The notes: generated from the sequence alone by a model not told the origin. DNA of 63,482 bases, filler included, from Collodictyon triciliatum (GCA_043381765.1; 28 parts of 28 records of this genome joined end to end with filler, not necessarily neighbours in it); one strand, 5' to 3'; positions 1 to 13,331 are shown, counted from the first letter of the whole stretch. Numbers and translations are program-made.

Positions 1-100
<100 letters not shown>

Positions 101-839
101 GACGCTTCATCGCAGTTGTGCATACTTTCTATTTTGGGCTGATTCGTGGAGGAGGTGTTATGTATGTCGTTGTGGCCATAACCTATTTTCTGTGAGTAAC
201 AATTATTACAAGGTTTTTTCTTAAAAAAATGGAAGATAAACAAAAGTTTTAAGGGAAATCAACATGATTAATGATGAAAATAGAATCCAGTTAATATCCA
301 CTCTGTTGACCAGAAAAAAATATACATAGCAAAGATCACGATAATTAACAAAAAAATAACGAGCACAAACTTGATTGATGATGATATGTATTTGTTGGGG
401 AGATATATTCCGTGAGACAGCTTGCAGGGCTAGGAAGGTAAGCTATAATGTTGATAGGTAATATTTTTAATACTTTTACTCAAATTTAAAATGAATGTTT
501 TCAACTGAAAAATGATTTTATGAGAGCAAATAATAATATAAATAATCATAGATAAGAGATTAAAGCTAAAATAAGGAAATACAAAAACGAAAAGGAAGAT
601 AGTAAAGCCTTACACTTCCTATTTTGTTCACATAAAATTCTACAGAGAATCCAGACAAAATCTGTAAAACATTACCTCGTTGTTAAAAAGGGTTGAATAT
701 TAAGAATATTGATTTTTTTTTTTTTAGATTTCTACAGCCATAATTAACTAATATTCATGCTTCCATACATTTCCGTTCCATTTTTCGATGCTTGATTGCA
801 TTATATCAATAGTCCTCCGAATCGTCTTGGCTATTGTTT

Positions 840-1765
840 CTACATGGGGTTGACATTTTCACATCTTAATTTAGACATGACATCACGGTAAGGGCAAACC
901 TTGAAAACTTCAGACAAACCTGAATCCAAAATAAAATGTCCATGACTTGTGTTTGTTTCTACAAACCATGCCTCTTTCCTCGGAAATCTTGAGTTGAAAT
1001 AAAAATATACCGAATTATCACATACACGATGTGTCCTTTAAATGTTCTAGGGAAAACAACGAATAATAAGAATAAGAATAAGAATAAGAATAAGAATAAG
1101 AATAAGAATAAGAATAAGAATAAGAATAAGAATAAGAATAAGAATAAGAATAAGAATAAGAATAAGAAGAACAATAACAATAGAATACTAATAATACCGC
1201 ATATAGATAGAATTGAAATATTGCGTAGGGATAACCCCCCCCCCCCCCTTTTTTTTTTTTTTTAAGAAATACATTCACTCTGAATATTTGAAGATATCTT
1301 ACAAGTCAGAGAATTTCAATTTTCCGATGCTAGAAATACGAGGGGTTGACAATTTTGAGAATGTACATAAATACCTAGAAAACAAAAATGGCGTTGAAGT
1401 ACACATTTGCAAGTAGTGCAATTGGAGTGAGTTCTGTCTCTCTCTTTTTAAATATTTACCTTGCGTCATCTGATGGACGGAAAAGAATCTGCAAAATATA
1501 GCAGTTTTCCGTATCACTTTGAATGGAATGCAACTCTTTGACCCATTCGTTCGGACGCCACAGACGTTTACTGACTAAACACATAGGTAGATTGATCTCA
1601 TATACAAGATTAACAATTAGGAAAAAAGTGATAGAACTAACCATATGTTTGGATATACATCCTTGTTTTCATCTCATCCATGTAATTTGTTAAAAAATGT
1701 TGATAAAGAGTGTCGAATAGCAGATCGCAAATAGGTCTCCTCGTCATGTATCCATCCTGGGCAAT
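840..1765 (-). CDS. Possible spliced gene of unknown function (partial)
   Basis: Open segments bounded by GT/AG on the minus strand (AQDGYMTRRPICDLLFDTLYQHF..., RLWRPNEWVKELHSIQ..., FPRKEAWFVETNTSHGHF...). No family recognised. Confidence 0.3.
1061..1168. repeat. (AATAAG)n microsatellite
   Basis: Perfect hexamer run; it explains the NKNK/FLFL/SYSY ORFs in the track. Confidence 0.95.
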
Positions 1766-2187
1766 TTAATTTTGTGGGTATTTTAGTACATTGAGGACGT
1801 AGTGGATTATTGAAGAGTCTAATCAGCCGGAGATGTCCATGGCACTAAGTAAAGGCTTCATATGAAGAGTGTGCGCAAAGGAAGGGAAGCTTCTATACCG
1901 CAGACGTGTGGAACCACGCGAGGATGTTTCCACTTTCGATATATATGGTTTCGTTTGTGTGGATCTTTGTTCGCATCTTTTGATTCTGAGTGCAGTTTGA
2001 AATAAAAGATTTAGTTAAAACTAGGTGACATGCGGGCTTTCTCTCATTTTTGGGTGCCTGCTTTGCGTAAAGTAATGTACTTGCTTCAAGAAAAAAAGAA
2101 AAAAGAAAAAAGAAAAAAGAAAAAAGAAAAAAGAAAAAAGAAAAAAGAAAAAGAAAAAAGAAAAAGAAAAAGAAAAAGAAAAAGAAA

Positions 2188-2287
2188 NNNNNNNNNNNNN
2201 NNNNNNNNNNNNNNNNNNNNNNNNNNNNNNNTTAATTAATTAANNNNNNNNNNNNNNNNNNNNNNNNNNNNNNNNNNNNNNNNNNNN
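2188..2287. other. Artificial contig linker N44-TTAATTAATTAA-N44 (first of 27)
   Basis: The identical 100-bp spacer recurs every ~2.27 kb and TTAATTAATTAA gives stops in all six frames. Intervening contig lengths fall monotonically from 2177 to 2164 bp, indicating size-sorted concatenation. Confidence 0.98.
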
Positions 2288-4271
2288 AGCTGTCGGGAAC
2301 TTTGAGGCCTCTCCCCATCGACCTAATGTCGGAAGCTGACCACGATTTACTGAATTTGTTTCATAAACTTTGTTTCGAACGAAAGGAAAAACTTCTAGAA
2401 GCAATTCCAGGGTCAGCAGGTGAATGCCTCTATATACTAATTACATTGACGGTGGAGTATCTACGATTAGTGGTTATAATATCCAATTTCGGCACTGAAG
2501 AATTCATGGAAAGCAATTAGCGAAAGTATGTCTCGGTTGGGAAAGTATTCGCCTTTTCATTTATATTTTATTATCTAGAATACGCTAACTTCTATAAGGC
2601 TCTGGTTTCACCCTTGGATGGTATTTCATTTTCGGCCTAGTTCATCAGATACATACTTTTCATGACTATAATGTGCTGTGTATCACATTCTGGTTCATTT
2701 TGTTTTAGAACATAGGATACTCAGACACCCAAAAACAATTAACTACAAATTCTCATGATTTATTCATTCATCTAGATGATAGTGAATACACAGGCGCTGA
2801 TGTGGAGCATCCAGAATATACTCGTCTTAAGGAAAGTGCATTCAAGTGTACTTTTACTGAGCTGGATAATACTGATTTCCTGTACATTGCAGGTAGTTTG
2901 GATTATCTTGATTTAATTACATTTTTTTATCGTTAGATAATCCCTGAAATCATTTATTTTTATGTTTTTTTTTGCAAGAAATATGTAACAGGATTTTATT
3001 AGGTGAACTTTGCATATCTTGCCATTTCCAAAATTATATCACTGTATTTAATCATCTATGGGCGGGTACATTTGAATGAACTATAGGGACGGACCGAAAT
3101 GGGTTCCCTACTGTTGTAATCAATGGAAGTGCCTTTCCGGCTGCAACAGTAAACCCGGATGAAGCCATGATGTATATCATCTACCGATTGGATCCGTTTG
3201 TGGTTCGCCCTTACACTGTTTTCTTTTTTCAGTCCGGTGCATCGTCGAGAAATAGGCCTTCATTTTCGTGGATGAAAAAATTATACACAATACTCGGAAG
3301 AAAGTAAAGCAAATGATATTGACCAGAATTTCACTCTGATATTATGTAGCATTTTCTTGGACATCAGATAAAATATCTTGCGATAGTCATTATGATTAGC
3401 CACCGCAAATTGATATTATAAATACACATATACTCAAACTCTTTATCCTTTTATATCCACGCCAACTTCCCTTATTTTGTGATGCTAAGATACAAAAAGA
3501 ATTTGAAGTGTATGGTGCTGATACACAGCACTTTTTGGACCAAGCTATCAGTCAACTGCTTCCTTCCATTTGTTAGCACAAAGTTCTGGGCGAAAGTTAA
3601 ATATGTAAATAGGGTGGGTTGGCCATTATTCATTTTTTATTCACTGTATGATTCATTATTCATGCCCTCATGGTTAGATTCAAGATCTCGACCAATATAT
3701 CGACCCAACAAGAATCATCATACCAGAGATTGCGATTAAGTAAATTCTTATGTACTACGTATGCCTATTTATGAGGGTTTCGCTGCATGGATGTTTTTTT
3801 TTTTTTTATGATAGTTTGAATGACTCCATTTTCCTACATTAGGTTTGATCAAGGGGATATAGAACAGGTATGTATTGACTGATAATCATTGTTAATATCC
3901 TATACTCAATTTGTCCATGATTTCTCTGATTCAAATTATCATGTGACCTTCAGCCAGGCCCTGTATCCCCAGAACCTGCTGTTCAAGGTGAAAGTCTGCT
4001 ATTCGAGCATTATAGATAAATGTTTGGCATGCAAACAAAACAAACCAAAACAAAACAAAACAAAGCAAAACAAAACAAACAACTTAAAAAGTAGATTTTA
4101 CCAAGATTACGATGTTCTACTTCCTGCCGTTACATCCTATTGATATAATTTTCTCTGATACAATTCAAACTAACAAAGGAGTTTTCGGAATCCCTATTTC
4201 ATATACTGTCGGAGAACATTTCACTGTCCCATTATTTGTTCAAAAATGCCTAAAATTCCTAGAAGAATATG
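2288..4271 (+). CDS. BCH/CRAL-TRIO domain + RhoGAP protein (ARHGAP1/8-like), multi-exon, truncated by contig ends
   Basis: Exons read GTDRNGFPTVVING...YIIYRLDPFVVRPYTVFFFQSGASSRNRPSFSWMKKLY|RYKKNLKCMVLIHSTFWTK...FVSTKFWAKVKYV (BCH), then GVFGIPIS...VPLFVQKCLKFLEEYG (start of RhoGAP). Confidence 0.85.
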
Positions 4272-4728
4272 GCAAGGGGCATTCAATCCGATATTATTCG
4301 TTATTTTATTTTATTTTATTTTATTTTATTTTATTTTATTTTATTTATTTTATTTTATTTTATTTTATTTTATTTTATTTTATTTTATTTTATTTTATTT
4401 TATTTTATTTTATTTTATTTTATTTTATTTTATTTTATTTTATTTTATTTTATTTTATTTTATTNNNNNNNNNNNNNNNNNNNNNNNNNNNNNNNNNNNN
4501 NNNNNNNNTTAATTAATTAANNNNNNNNNNNNNNNNNNNNNNNNNNNNNNNNNNNNNNNNNNNNTTCTTCTTCTTCTTCTTCTTCTTCTTCTTCTTCTTC
4601 TTCACACAAATACCGTGCCTTTCCTCTCTTTAGATAGCTGACCCCCCCCCCCCCCCCCCCCCGCCGACATACACAGGAATCGGCCGCCCACTCTCCTGGT
4701 TCACGCGATCAGCCCGTTTCAAAGAAAT

Positions 4729-6290
4729 ATGGAATCTCTGCAGGCAGCGAAAAAGTATATGAGTTTCCAGCAACAGCTGGAACTTATGAATCAAGCTTTG
4801 GCTTCGAAGAAGCAGCCCGGAAATGAGACCGTCAGCCGAGGAAACCTCGGAGAGAGACCGGGTCTATTGAAACCAGGCAAGGATGCAGCGACAAGAAAGT
4901 CATCAAAGCGTGGGGATGAAGGCAGAGAAAGTGAGGAAGAGGAGGAGGAGGAGGAGGAGGAGGAGGAGGAGGAGGAGGAGGTTGATGAAGAGAGTACCAA
5001 CGACGAAGAAGACAACGACACCGATGAGGACGAGGACAAAAACGATTATTCTGAGGATGGGAAGGCCAAAAGAAAAAAACGGAAAGAGCAACCTGTCATT
5101 AAGAAGCGTCGAAAACATGCGTGAGTATAAGTGCCTTCGTTGAGTCCTTTTTCATCCACACCTTCCCTTACCCTCTTTGTTTGATTATTGAGTATATATC
5201 ACTTCATTTTATTGCAGACTTGAAGCCTCAATTTGTTCAGATGGTTGTACAACAAAACTATTTTCGTATGATTCTTCACGCCCAGCAATACTAGCATGAC
5301 CAATATTTTTTCCATTCTCGTAGCCCAGCAGAAATGTCATCGAAGAGGCAAGTCTCAGTGCTTAGAAAAGTCATGGAACCTTCAAGAAAGGTACAGTTTT
5401 CATATACTTTTTTTATAATAATAATTATTATTATTCCCTATGGACAATAAGATGATATATCGCGTGGTTATGGTACTTTGTAATAAAACACCACCCTTTT
5501 TTTTTTTAAAAAAAAAAATGGAAATAATCCTCCACAAAAGACAATTGTTATTATATTATATTTGATTTTTTTCCAAAAGTTATGAATTATCGTCTAATAT
5601 AGAGAGCACGTGACCCACGATTTGATAATCTTTCTGGAGAATATAAAGACGAGAAGTTTCAAAAGGACTACGAATTTCTCAATGAATATCGGTCAAAAGA
5701 AATATCACAACTGGAGCAAATGGTACAAGAGTCTAGTAACCCGGCACAGCGTGAGAGGATTTTAAGAGCACTTTCTGCAATGGTTTTATTTTTATTATTA
5801 TTATTATTATTATTTGGAATCCTAACCCCAACATATTTCATAATAATAAAATATAAATATCGTCATTGGCAGTATATCACCCAAGTATCATGCTTAAAAA
5901 TGAATGCATTTTAATATCTGAATCAACTTCTCACAGAGACAAAAGGATGTATTTGAGAAAAAGAGTAACGAGAGAAAGAAAACAGATTTGGAATGGAAGG
6001 CAATCCAGTTTAAATTGGCGGAAAAAGGAAAGAGGCCGTTCTACTTGAAGAAATGTAAGTAGTCATTCCTAGAGTTCCTAAAATATTAGGGATACCCCGC
6101 ATGATACTTTTTTTTAAATGTACTCATCTAAATATAAACTTGCGCAGCGGACCAAAGGAAGCTCGAATTGGTTGAAAAGTACGAGGAGCTAAAGAAGGCA
6201 GGAAAACTGGAAGATTTCTTGGAAAAGAAGAGGCGAAGAAATGCGAGCAAGGATCACAAGCTCATTCCAAGATCGCGAAAGGAGGCATAA
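4729..6290 (+). CDS. RRP36: rRNA biogenesis protein RRP36 (DUF947), multi-exon
   Basis: Acidic N-terminus, then KHAPAEMSSKRQVS, RDPRFDNLSGEY, KDYEFLNEYR, GKRPFYLKKS and KYEELKKAGKLEDFLEKKRRRNASKDHK. Stop TAA at 6288-6290. Confidence 0.92.
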
Positions 6291-6840
6291 AAAAAAATTT
6301 TTTTTTTTTCAAACCAAAGCATGTAGGATATATCGAGAAAGTGTATCCATACGCCGTGTGAGATAGTATAACACGGGATAAAAATTTTTTTAGTGTGTAT
6401 CAAATCACATAGAAACCTCGACTTTTTTTTCTTTAAAATCCAAAAGACATGGTGTCCAATTTAATAAGAGAGAGGAACAGCATAATTAACAAATACTAGA
6501 TCTGGAAAATAAAGGGTTACGATTTATTAATCAACTCTGGTAATCAAAGTTGTATTCATGGCAGACATGTATTGTTTTTTTTTATCTTGAAAAAATCTTG
6601 AGAACGTGAGTTCATACCCGAATTCTGGATAGGTTAGGTTTATTCGAGGATTGGTTTACGCAGCGTTGGTTCTATAACTCACATCAAAGCACTCGGTTAT
6701 CTCCAAACGAAATATCTCGATAACATAAGACAAAGATATGNNNNNNNNNNNNNNNNNNNNNNNNNNNNNNNNNNNNNNNNNNNNTTAATTAATTAANNNN
6801 NNNNNNNNNNNNNNNNNNNNNNNNNNNNNNNNNNNNNNNN

Positions 6841-9016
6841 GGAAAGAAATCAGTGATAGCGAGCTGGTCAGGTGGGCGTCCCAACTGGTTGATTGGTTGC
6901 GTGGGTAGCAGGGGTTGGATATGCTGTGGGAGATATCTTACGACACATTCCCACATCTCTCTTCGCTTGCGGTCAGAGTAGCGAAGAATGCGAGCGTGTT
7001 TCAGCAGACTGTTCAGGAAGCTGTATTGCACGAGGCTCTCAAGCCTGGATACATTGATTTCTCGTTCGGGTAAATCATTGGAGCGAGAGAATGCACGCAC
7101 ACTCCATAAGGCCCACAGCATATGTCCCCTTGTGACTGTCCAGAGTATTCTAGAGTCGTGGGTCATTTGGTATTGTGGGCCAAACAGGATGTCAGACGCG
7201 CTGAGTCGGTTGGGAGCATAATCAAGCTCAGAGAGCATCTTGTGGGTAGCCTCTGTCACTTTTTGAGCAAGAGAGCACTTCACAAATGTGTGTTCGATAG
7301 AGTCATCTCCACTATGGCACATGGTGCATTCTGGAGAGGTCGTTGCTGCATGGACTACGCGCGCACCTATCCACAGCTCTCTGTTGGAGATATTGAGAAG
7401 TAGGGCGCGGCATTTCGGGAGTAGCTGAGGTATACGGGCTTGCTTCCAGCTTTTGACTATCGGCGGGTCTACAATGCCTATGGTTTCGGCCCAACGACTC
7501 ATTTTCTCCGGTTTGTAAGGATTCGGGTTGATTATTTTATATCGAAACAGCTTGGAATATGCCATGGCCATCAAGAATTGCGGAGAATCAGGCGTAATGG
7601 ACCGCCTTTGGTTCTTCAGGCGAAAGAAAAATGGCGATGGTGCTCCGTATGAGATGGGACGGCGTGAGCGCCATTCTCCTTTGTTGTTCAGGACGGCTGT
7701 GATTGGGTTTGCATTCGTTGAGTCGAATATCGTTGCATTTTTCGGCGATGCGAAGCTCCCATCCTTTTGGAAAGCGACTTATTGAAGGATGAAGGAGCTG
7801 TTTCCTTCTCTCGAGTTGACGATACAGAAGCCTTTTGCTCTATCTCAGTGAATGTGTCCTGTAACAGCATTTAGTTGGGTAGACTCGCACATTTCACGGT
7901 TTTCATACAGAATCTTCCACCGCGCTAGTAGCGGCTCTGGAGTGTTTGGCGGGGGTGACGGGATTCAACTCTCACAGAGCTGTGCCTTGAAGTTCGGGCA
8001 TATGCGATGGATAAGGTGCCACATTCCGCGCTGCCAAAATCCTTTCGGATGGGTAAGCATATCTTCCACCATCTCATCGTGAGCGATGTCCATGCAATGT
8101 CAGGCGTTATGAGTCCCAGTCCTCCCTCTGTAGGTGGCTTAGAAAGCGTCTTGATTTTATATTTTTGATTCTCTGTGGCGATGAAGTTGCGGTAGATGTC
8201 TTCCAGCTCCTTCAGCCTCTTTATATTCAGCAGAGTGCCTTTCATGTTGTAGATAAGGGTCGACAGCATCACTTGATTCCACAACCTTACTTTTCCGACA
8301 TCTGAGCGATGAAAGTTGCTCCATACCGATTTTTTTTATTCTTCCTTTCAATTTTGTGAAGGATGGTGAAGATGTTGGCTTTGGTTCGCTAGCCATCGTT
8401 GCTCCACACCGATATTTTCGACTCGATGTCCTCAACCAGAGTTGTCGATTTGTCATCCGATTGTGGACCGAATATGATACCAAGATACTTGAGTGCATGT
8501 GACGGTGGCTTCCACACAATATTTCCTGGAAACATAAGTACATCCTGAAACCCAAAAAGAATTCCATCTGTCTTGTCGTAGTTGATTTTCCTGCCGACAG
8601 CTTGTGTATATTCTTGCATGCATTTGTTGGCGAGTGTGGCGCCTTCGGGAGACCGTAAGATGAATGCTATGTCGTCGGCATATTGAAGTAGCAGTTGGTT
8701 GCGTACCTTGTTTTCGTTTCGGAAGTAGTTTGCAAGGCAGTCAGCGACAAAGTTGAAGAGCGGTGGTGCAAGTGGGCAGCCTTGATACACTCCGCTCTGT
8801 CTTTGAATTGCATCCGTAGGTCCGTGTGCCGTGAGTACCCTCGCTGTTGCATTGTGCAATTTCTTGATAAGACTGGTGAATCCGGTACAGAAGCATCTTT
8901 TTTGTGTAGGATGGTTTCCAGTGCTTCGTGGTTCACATAGTCATATGCTTTCTCCAGGTCGTAGAAAATCATAGCGCGGGGTGTCCCGCTTACTTGATAT
9001 TCCATGTACTCTTTGT
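6841..9016 (-). mobile_element. Degenerate non-LTR retrotransposon (L1/Tx1-like) ORF2: RT domain to C-terminal CCHC zinc knuckle
   Basis: RT motifs YDLEKAYDYVNH, SGVYQGCPLAPPLFN, QYADDI, KINYDKT, YLGI and KPPTEGGLG; C-terminal CTMCHSGDDSIEHTFVKC. Disrupted by frameshifts and a nested insertion. Confidence 0.93.
8331..8397 (-). mobile_element. 67-bp poly(A)-tailed insertion (family B) nested in the LINE ORF2, with 16-bp TSD
   Basis: Flanked by gttgctccataccgat (8315-8330) and gttgctccacaccgat (8398-8413). Removing it restores the frame KISVWSN|FHRSDVGKVRLWNQ. Confidence 0.85.
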
Positions 9017-9116
9017 NNNNNNNNNNNNNNNNNNNNNNNNNNNNNNNNNNNNNNNNNNNNTTAATTAATTAANNNNNNNNNNNNNNNNNNNNNNNNNNNN
9101 NNNNNNNNNNNNNNNN

Positions 9117-9211
<95 letters not shown>

Positions 9212-9324
9212 GATAAATTACAGCATTATAATTTGGCTCAACCTATGGGTGATTTTTTTTTTAGTTTTTTTTTTCCTTTATTCGATTCGACGTATTTTCT
9301 TTTAGATTTATAATCGGCATACAG

Positions 9325-11108
9325 GGACGAAGAAGATGGTTGTGGTCGTCATAACAGTCTTGCTTTTGTTGGTTTATTTGTAATTTGACATGACTGCAGA
9401 GAAACAATAACATGATACTATGGGACTACTCCTGTGGGTTGCTTTCAGGCGTTGCCTGGTCAGATGTGTTGGGATATTCGACGCTCAAGTCAACTACACT
9501 CATCCTACTGACATTAACGGGGTTGAACGAACCACTGGAGCGATTGCCAGTTGGGGTCTGAATCTGGATAACCAGTTCACCTGAAGGACAGCGGGTGTTG
9601 AACGGACTTTTTTTGAGAAACGTACTGATTCTGGTTGGTGTGCGATGACCAGACTCATTACTTTGTGGTTGAGGAAACCCGGAGCCTTCTCCAATTGAGA
9701 GTGGGCGAATGATTGGAGAAGGTCTGGATTGTGGTTGCAGTTGAGGCGATGGACTAGCGGGTGCTGCCACTGAGTGAGTGAGGTCCGCGCTTCGGCGAAA
9801 TCGAATCCGATCTGTTTCACTGTCCACTTTCAAAAGTGTTGAGGTTGCCTTTTGGCTGGTAGCTTCATCAATTTTTTTGGTCTCTAATTCGATATTCGTT
9901 TGTGATATACCATCTTGAATGTATGTGAGGGGCCTTGGTTCGATTGCAGATCCTGTGGGAACTTCCCTTGATTCGATATCAGACTCAGATACAACAACAT
10001 ATTCTTGAGAGTTCTCTTCCAACACATCTGTAGCAAATATATAATTGATTAGCTTGGTTTTTTCAACTACTGATATCCTCCATAAATAAATATCAAATAA
10101 AATTCGATTTTACAATCATTAATGACATCAAATGCGCACACAGAAATATTTCATAAAAAAATATTTTTTTAAGAAAAAAACCGCCGCCTGATAGCTGAGA
10201 TGAATGAAAATGTGCTGATAAGCCATAAATCTAAGCTTACCATCATCATCATCATCATCAAAACCAATCTCTGATTGGATATACGAAATTGCAGCATGGA
10301 ACGTGACAAGGTTGAAACTGAGTTTTTAAAATGAGAAAGTTAATTTAGAAAAGTAGTGTATGATGATCAAAAATTGTTTGCCAACCAAATATTTTATCAA
10401 GATGACTTTTTTTTTTATCTCTTCTCGGGCTAAATCAACTATATGCAAGCAAATTTAGTCAACTGAATCTTTATACCCTAATTCGCTCAAGATTACACTA
10501 GAAAATCGAAAATTTTGCATGTAATCGAGGTCTGCTGTAGTGTGGGCTGGTTTTGATTGGATAATGCAATATACTAAACATGACAGCAAATCGTCTGTTG
10601 TGAGAGCTAAGGGCTCATCTATTCACAATGTATCATTTTTTTTTAAAAAAAAATTAACTTATACAAGGATACTTTAGGCAAAAGCCTACTTGCAGATCTC
10701 AGATATTTAAAGTATGCAATCACCCCTTTCTTCGGCTGTCTTCTTTGTGTGCTCTTCTATAGACGACGTCAGCGTTTTCATCGTCATTTGCAATAGCCGT
10801 AGCATATCAATAGGAGTTCTCTTTGATAGTTTAATCCGTGTTATTGTATAATAGGCAATATAGTCTCTAACAACAGAATTTTGAATAATTTTATTTTTAA
10901 GGAAATAAATCAATATACCGCTGCAAACATTTCTTTCATGGCGCTAACAACATGGCTTAAGTCACAAATAAAAACAGGTGGCAATCCAAAGTCCTGAAGC
11001 GACATCTCCTGGCATGCTTCGTATTTTTCTGCTAATTCTTCATCCTCAGCTTGATGTATCTCAACTAACCCTTTATGAACAACTTGATACACACCATCAA
11101 GCAAATAA
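9325..11108 (-). CDS. VPS9-domain Rab5-family GEF (VARP/ANKRD27-like VPS9), multi-exon, partial
   Basis: KRTPIDMLRLLQMTMKTL and LTTDDLLSCLVYCIIQSKPAHTTADLDYMQNFRFSSVILSELG|FNLVTFHAAISYI, followed by a Ser/Pro-rich exon at 9426-10028. Confidence 0.85.
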
Positions 11109-11197
11109 CTATGTACAGAAAAAATAATGTCCCAGAAGTAGGATCCATAAGGTGTGAGCACATACATGAAATAGAATTGAGTATAATTGAATTGAAT

Positions 11198-11292
<95 letters not shown>

Positions 11293-11713
11293 NNNNNNNN
11301 NNNNNNNNNNNNNNNNNNNNNNNNNNNNNNNNNNNNTTAATTAATTAANNNNNNNNNNNNNNNNNNNNNNNNNNNNNNNNNNNNNNNNNNNNTCTCTTTT
11401 TTTTATTCTCTTTTTTTTATTCTCTTTTTTTTATTCTCTTTTTTTTATTCTCTTTTTTTATTCTCTTTTTTGATAAATTCATAAACTTGACACGAAATGC
11501 AAACGGTTACTTCTGAATAATTTTTTATCCATGAGACCTCTAATAACTGTGTTTAAGAAACTTTGAGTTTTTTTTTATTAATGCAAGAGGAATAGCCTCT
11601 TACTGAAGAAAAATTTGTCATGATTCACAACAGGCTGGAAAATGGGAGGAGGCTCCAGAATCCGTGATAGCTAAGAGAAAGTATTGTTGTAGTCGCCTTA
11701 TCAATCGTTCATT

Positions 11714-11908
11714 TCACTGTCGATATTTCGTACAAGAAATTAGTTGCATTGAAAAAGAAATAATGTATAATACGAATGGATGAGATTCGAATGCAACATT
11801 AATTTGATGGCTTATTTGATGTAGGATTGTCAAAGTTCGCTCGAAAAACACTGCAAGTTTTCTTTTTAGTTGAACTCTTTGTTTTGTAGCATCGATGACG
11901 ATGTCCAT
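11714..11908 (-). CDS. Probable first exon of an unknown gene, head-to-head with the RanBD gene
   Basis: ATG at 11908, MDIVIDATKQRVQLKRKLAVFFERTL..., then a GT donor. No family recognised. Confidence 0.35.
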   Translation of the reverse strand: MDIVIDATKQRVQLKRKLAVFFERTLTILHQISHQINVAFESHPFVLYIISFSMQLISCTKYRQ

Positions 11909-11986
11909 TTGATTCCGAATTTCTCAATTTTAAAGACTCATCGCCTCAATTAGACCGATGCATCGGCGAACTCTGCTTCGCAACCC

Positions 11987-13331
11987 ATGACCGCAAAGCC
12001 TGCTTCGAATGCACCAGAGACTCAATCCACACGTACAGAAATACCAACGGAGCCTGAAAAATCAGATAACCAAGCATCAAAAGATGTCCCTGGTAAATCA
12101 GAAACATAAGCTTTACATATTCCCGTCATAATGCTTATTGAATGAAAGTATGAAAGTCCATAGAGAATCCAAGTATCATAAATAAAAAAATTTTTAGAAA
12201 CTTGGTGAGGTGTATTTATGTGACACTAACTTTTGTTCTCCAGAAACAACCTGCGAAATTAAGATAACAGAGACGCCAAATGAAACCACATCCTCAACCA
12301 CAGAAGTGCCAAAGTTTGAAGTGAAACTTGCAGCTGATTTTAGCTTCAAACCATTGCAAACTCAAGCATCTGCCGCAAAGCCAGTGTTTCAATTTAACTT
12401 TCAATCTCCTCTCGCCACAAACGGGGGAAAAGAGACATCAGCAGCTCCTCAGGCGCCAGCCCCATTAAACTTTTCATTCAACTTCGCAACCGTACCGTCT
12501 CCACAGCCTTCTTTTCAGTGGAAACTTTTCGATGCAAATACCGCCCCCAAGTCAAACTCTAAGGGAGGTGATGACGCTGAAGAAGATGATAATACAAATG
12601 GAAATGAGGTTTTAAGCCCTTTTTTATTTTATTCCTTTCATTTTCGTTTACTTTCTTTTCTGTTTTTTTTTCTTTTTTTGTACTGCGATAATTTATGGGC
12701 TTTCATGTTTATTATAGCACGGACAAACTGGTCCATATCTAATTTATTATAACACACTAACATGGTGTACTCCAATTCTCTTAAATTTCTCAGGCTGAAG
12801 CTAGTGGGTATGTTCATATCAATAGTATACCCCCATGATATGAATAGCAATCGTATTATTTTCTTACGGATACTGAAGCTTTTTTTTTCTTACAAATTAG
12901 GGCCTATGATGAGGCTGGGGTAATGCTCTGAACTATGCTAACATGTCATTGGGTTGTTTTATCGAAAGATGCATGTTACAATTTAAAAGCCTTTTTAAAA
13001 TGTATCACATTTTTGTATTCCATCTTTTTTAGGATTCAGGAACCACAAAATACGAACCTAGTATGATTTGTTAAGATATATCGATGTTCCCATCTTTTAT
13101 ATATCTTATTCTTATTCTTATTCTTATTCTTATTCTTATTCTTATTCTTATTCTTATTCTTATTGTCATTTGCGTATCTATATCTAGGCATATTCTTACT
13201 TCACATGTTAACATTTATGATTACTTTGCGCATGCGTGAAGGAGATTTGGTAGACTTAAAAAAATTATCAATTAGTTCTCCCAGAGGTTCCTATTGTGAC
13301 TGGGGAAGAGGATGACGAGTCATTGTGTAAG
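11987..13331 (+). CDS. FxF-repeat protein entering a Ran-binding (RanBP1-type) domain, multi-exon, partial
   Basis: FSF, FQFNF and FSFNF motifs in a low-complexity region, then KYEPILPEVPIVTGEEDDESL, typical of the sequence just before a RanBD. Confidence 0.7.

Noticed and set aside
959-1278. Low-complexity ORFs (FLFL, NKNK, SYSY; elsewhere MYVC, SESE, IMIM, poly-F/K)
   Set aside because: These are translations of microsatellites in introns or at contig ends.
2232-2243. Regularly spaced TTAATTAATTAA with ~2.2 kb intervening segments, superficially array- or cassette-like
   Set aside because: It is embedded in fixed N runs and the contigs are size-sorted, so it is an assembly linker. Gene neighbourhood across linkers is meaningless.
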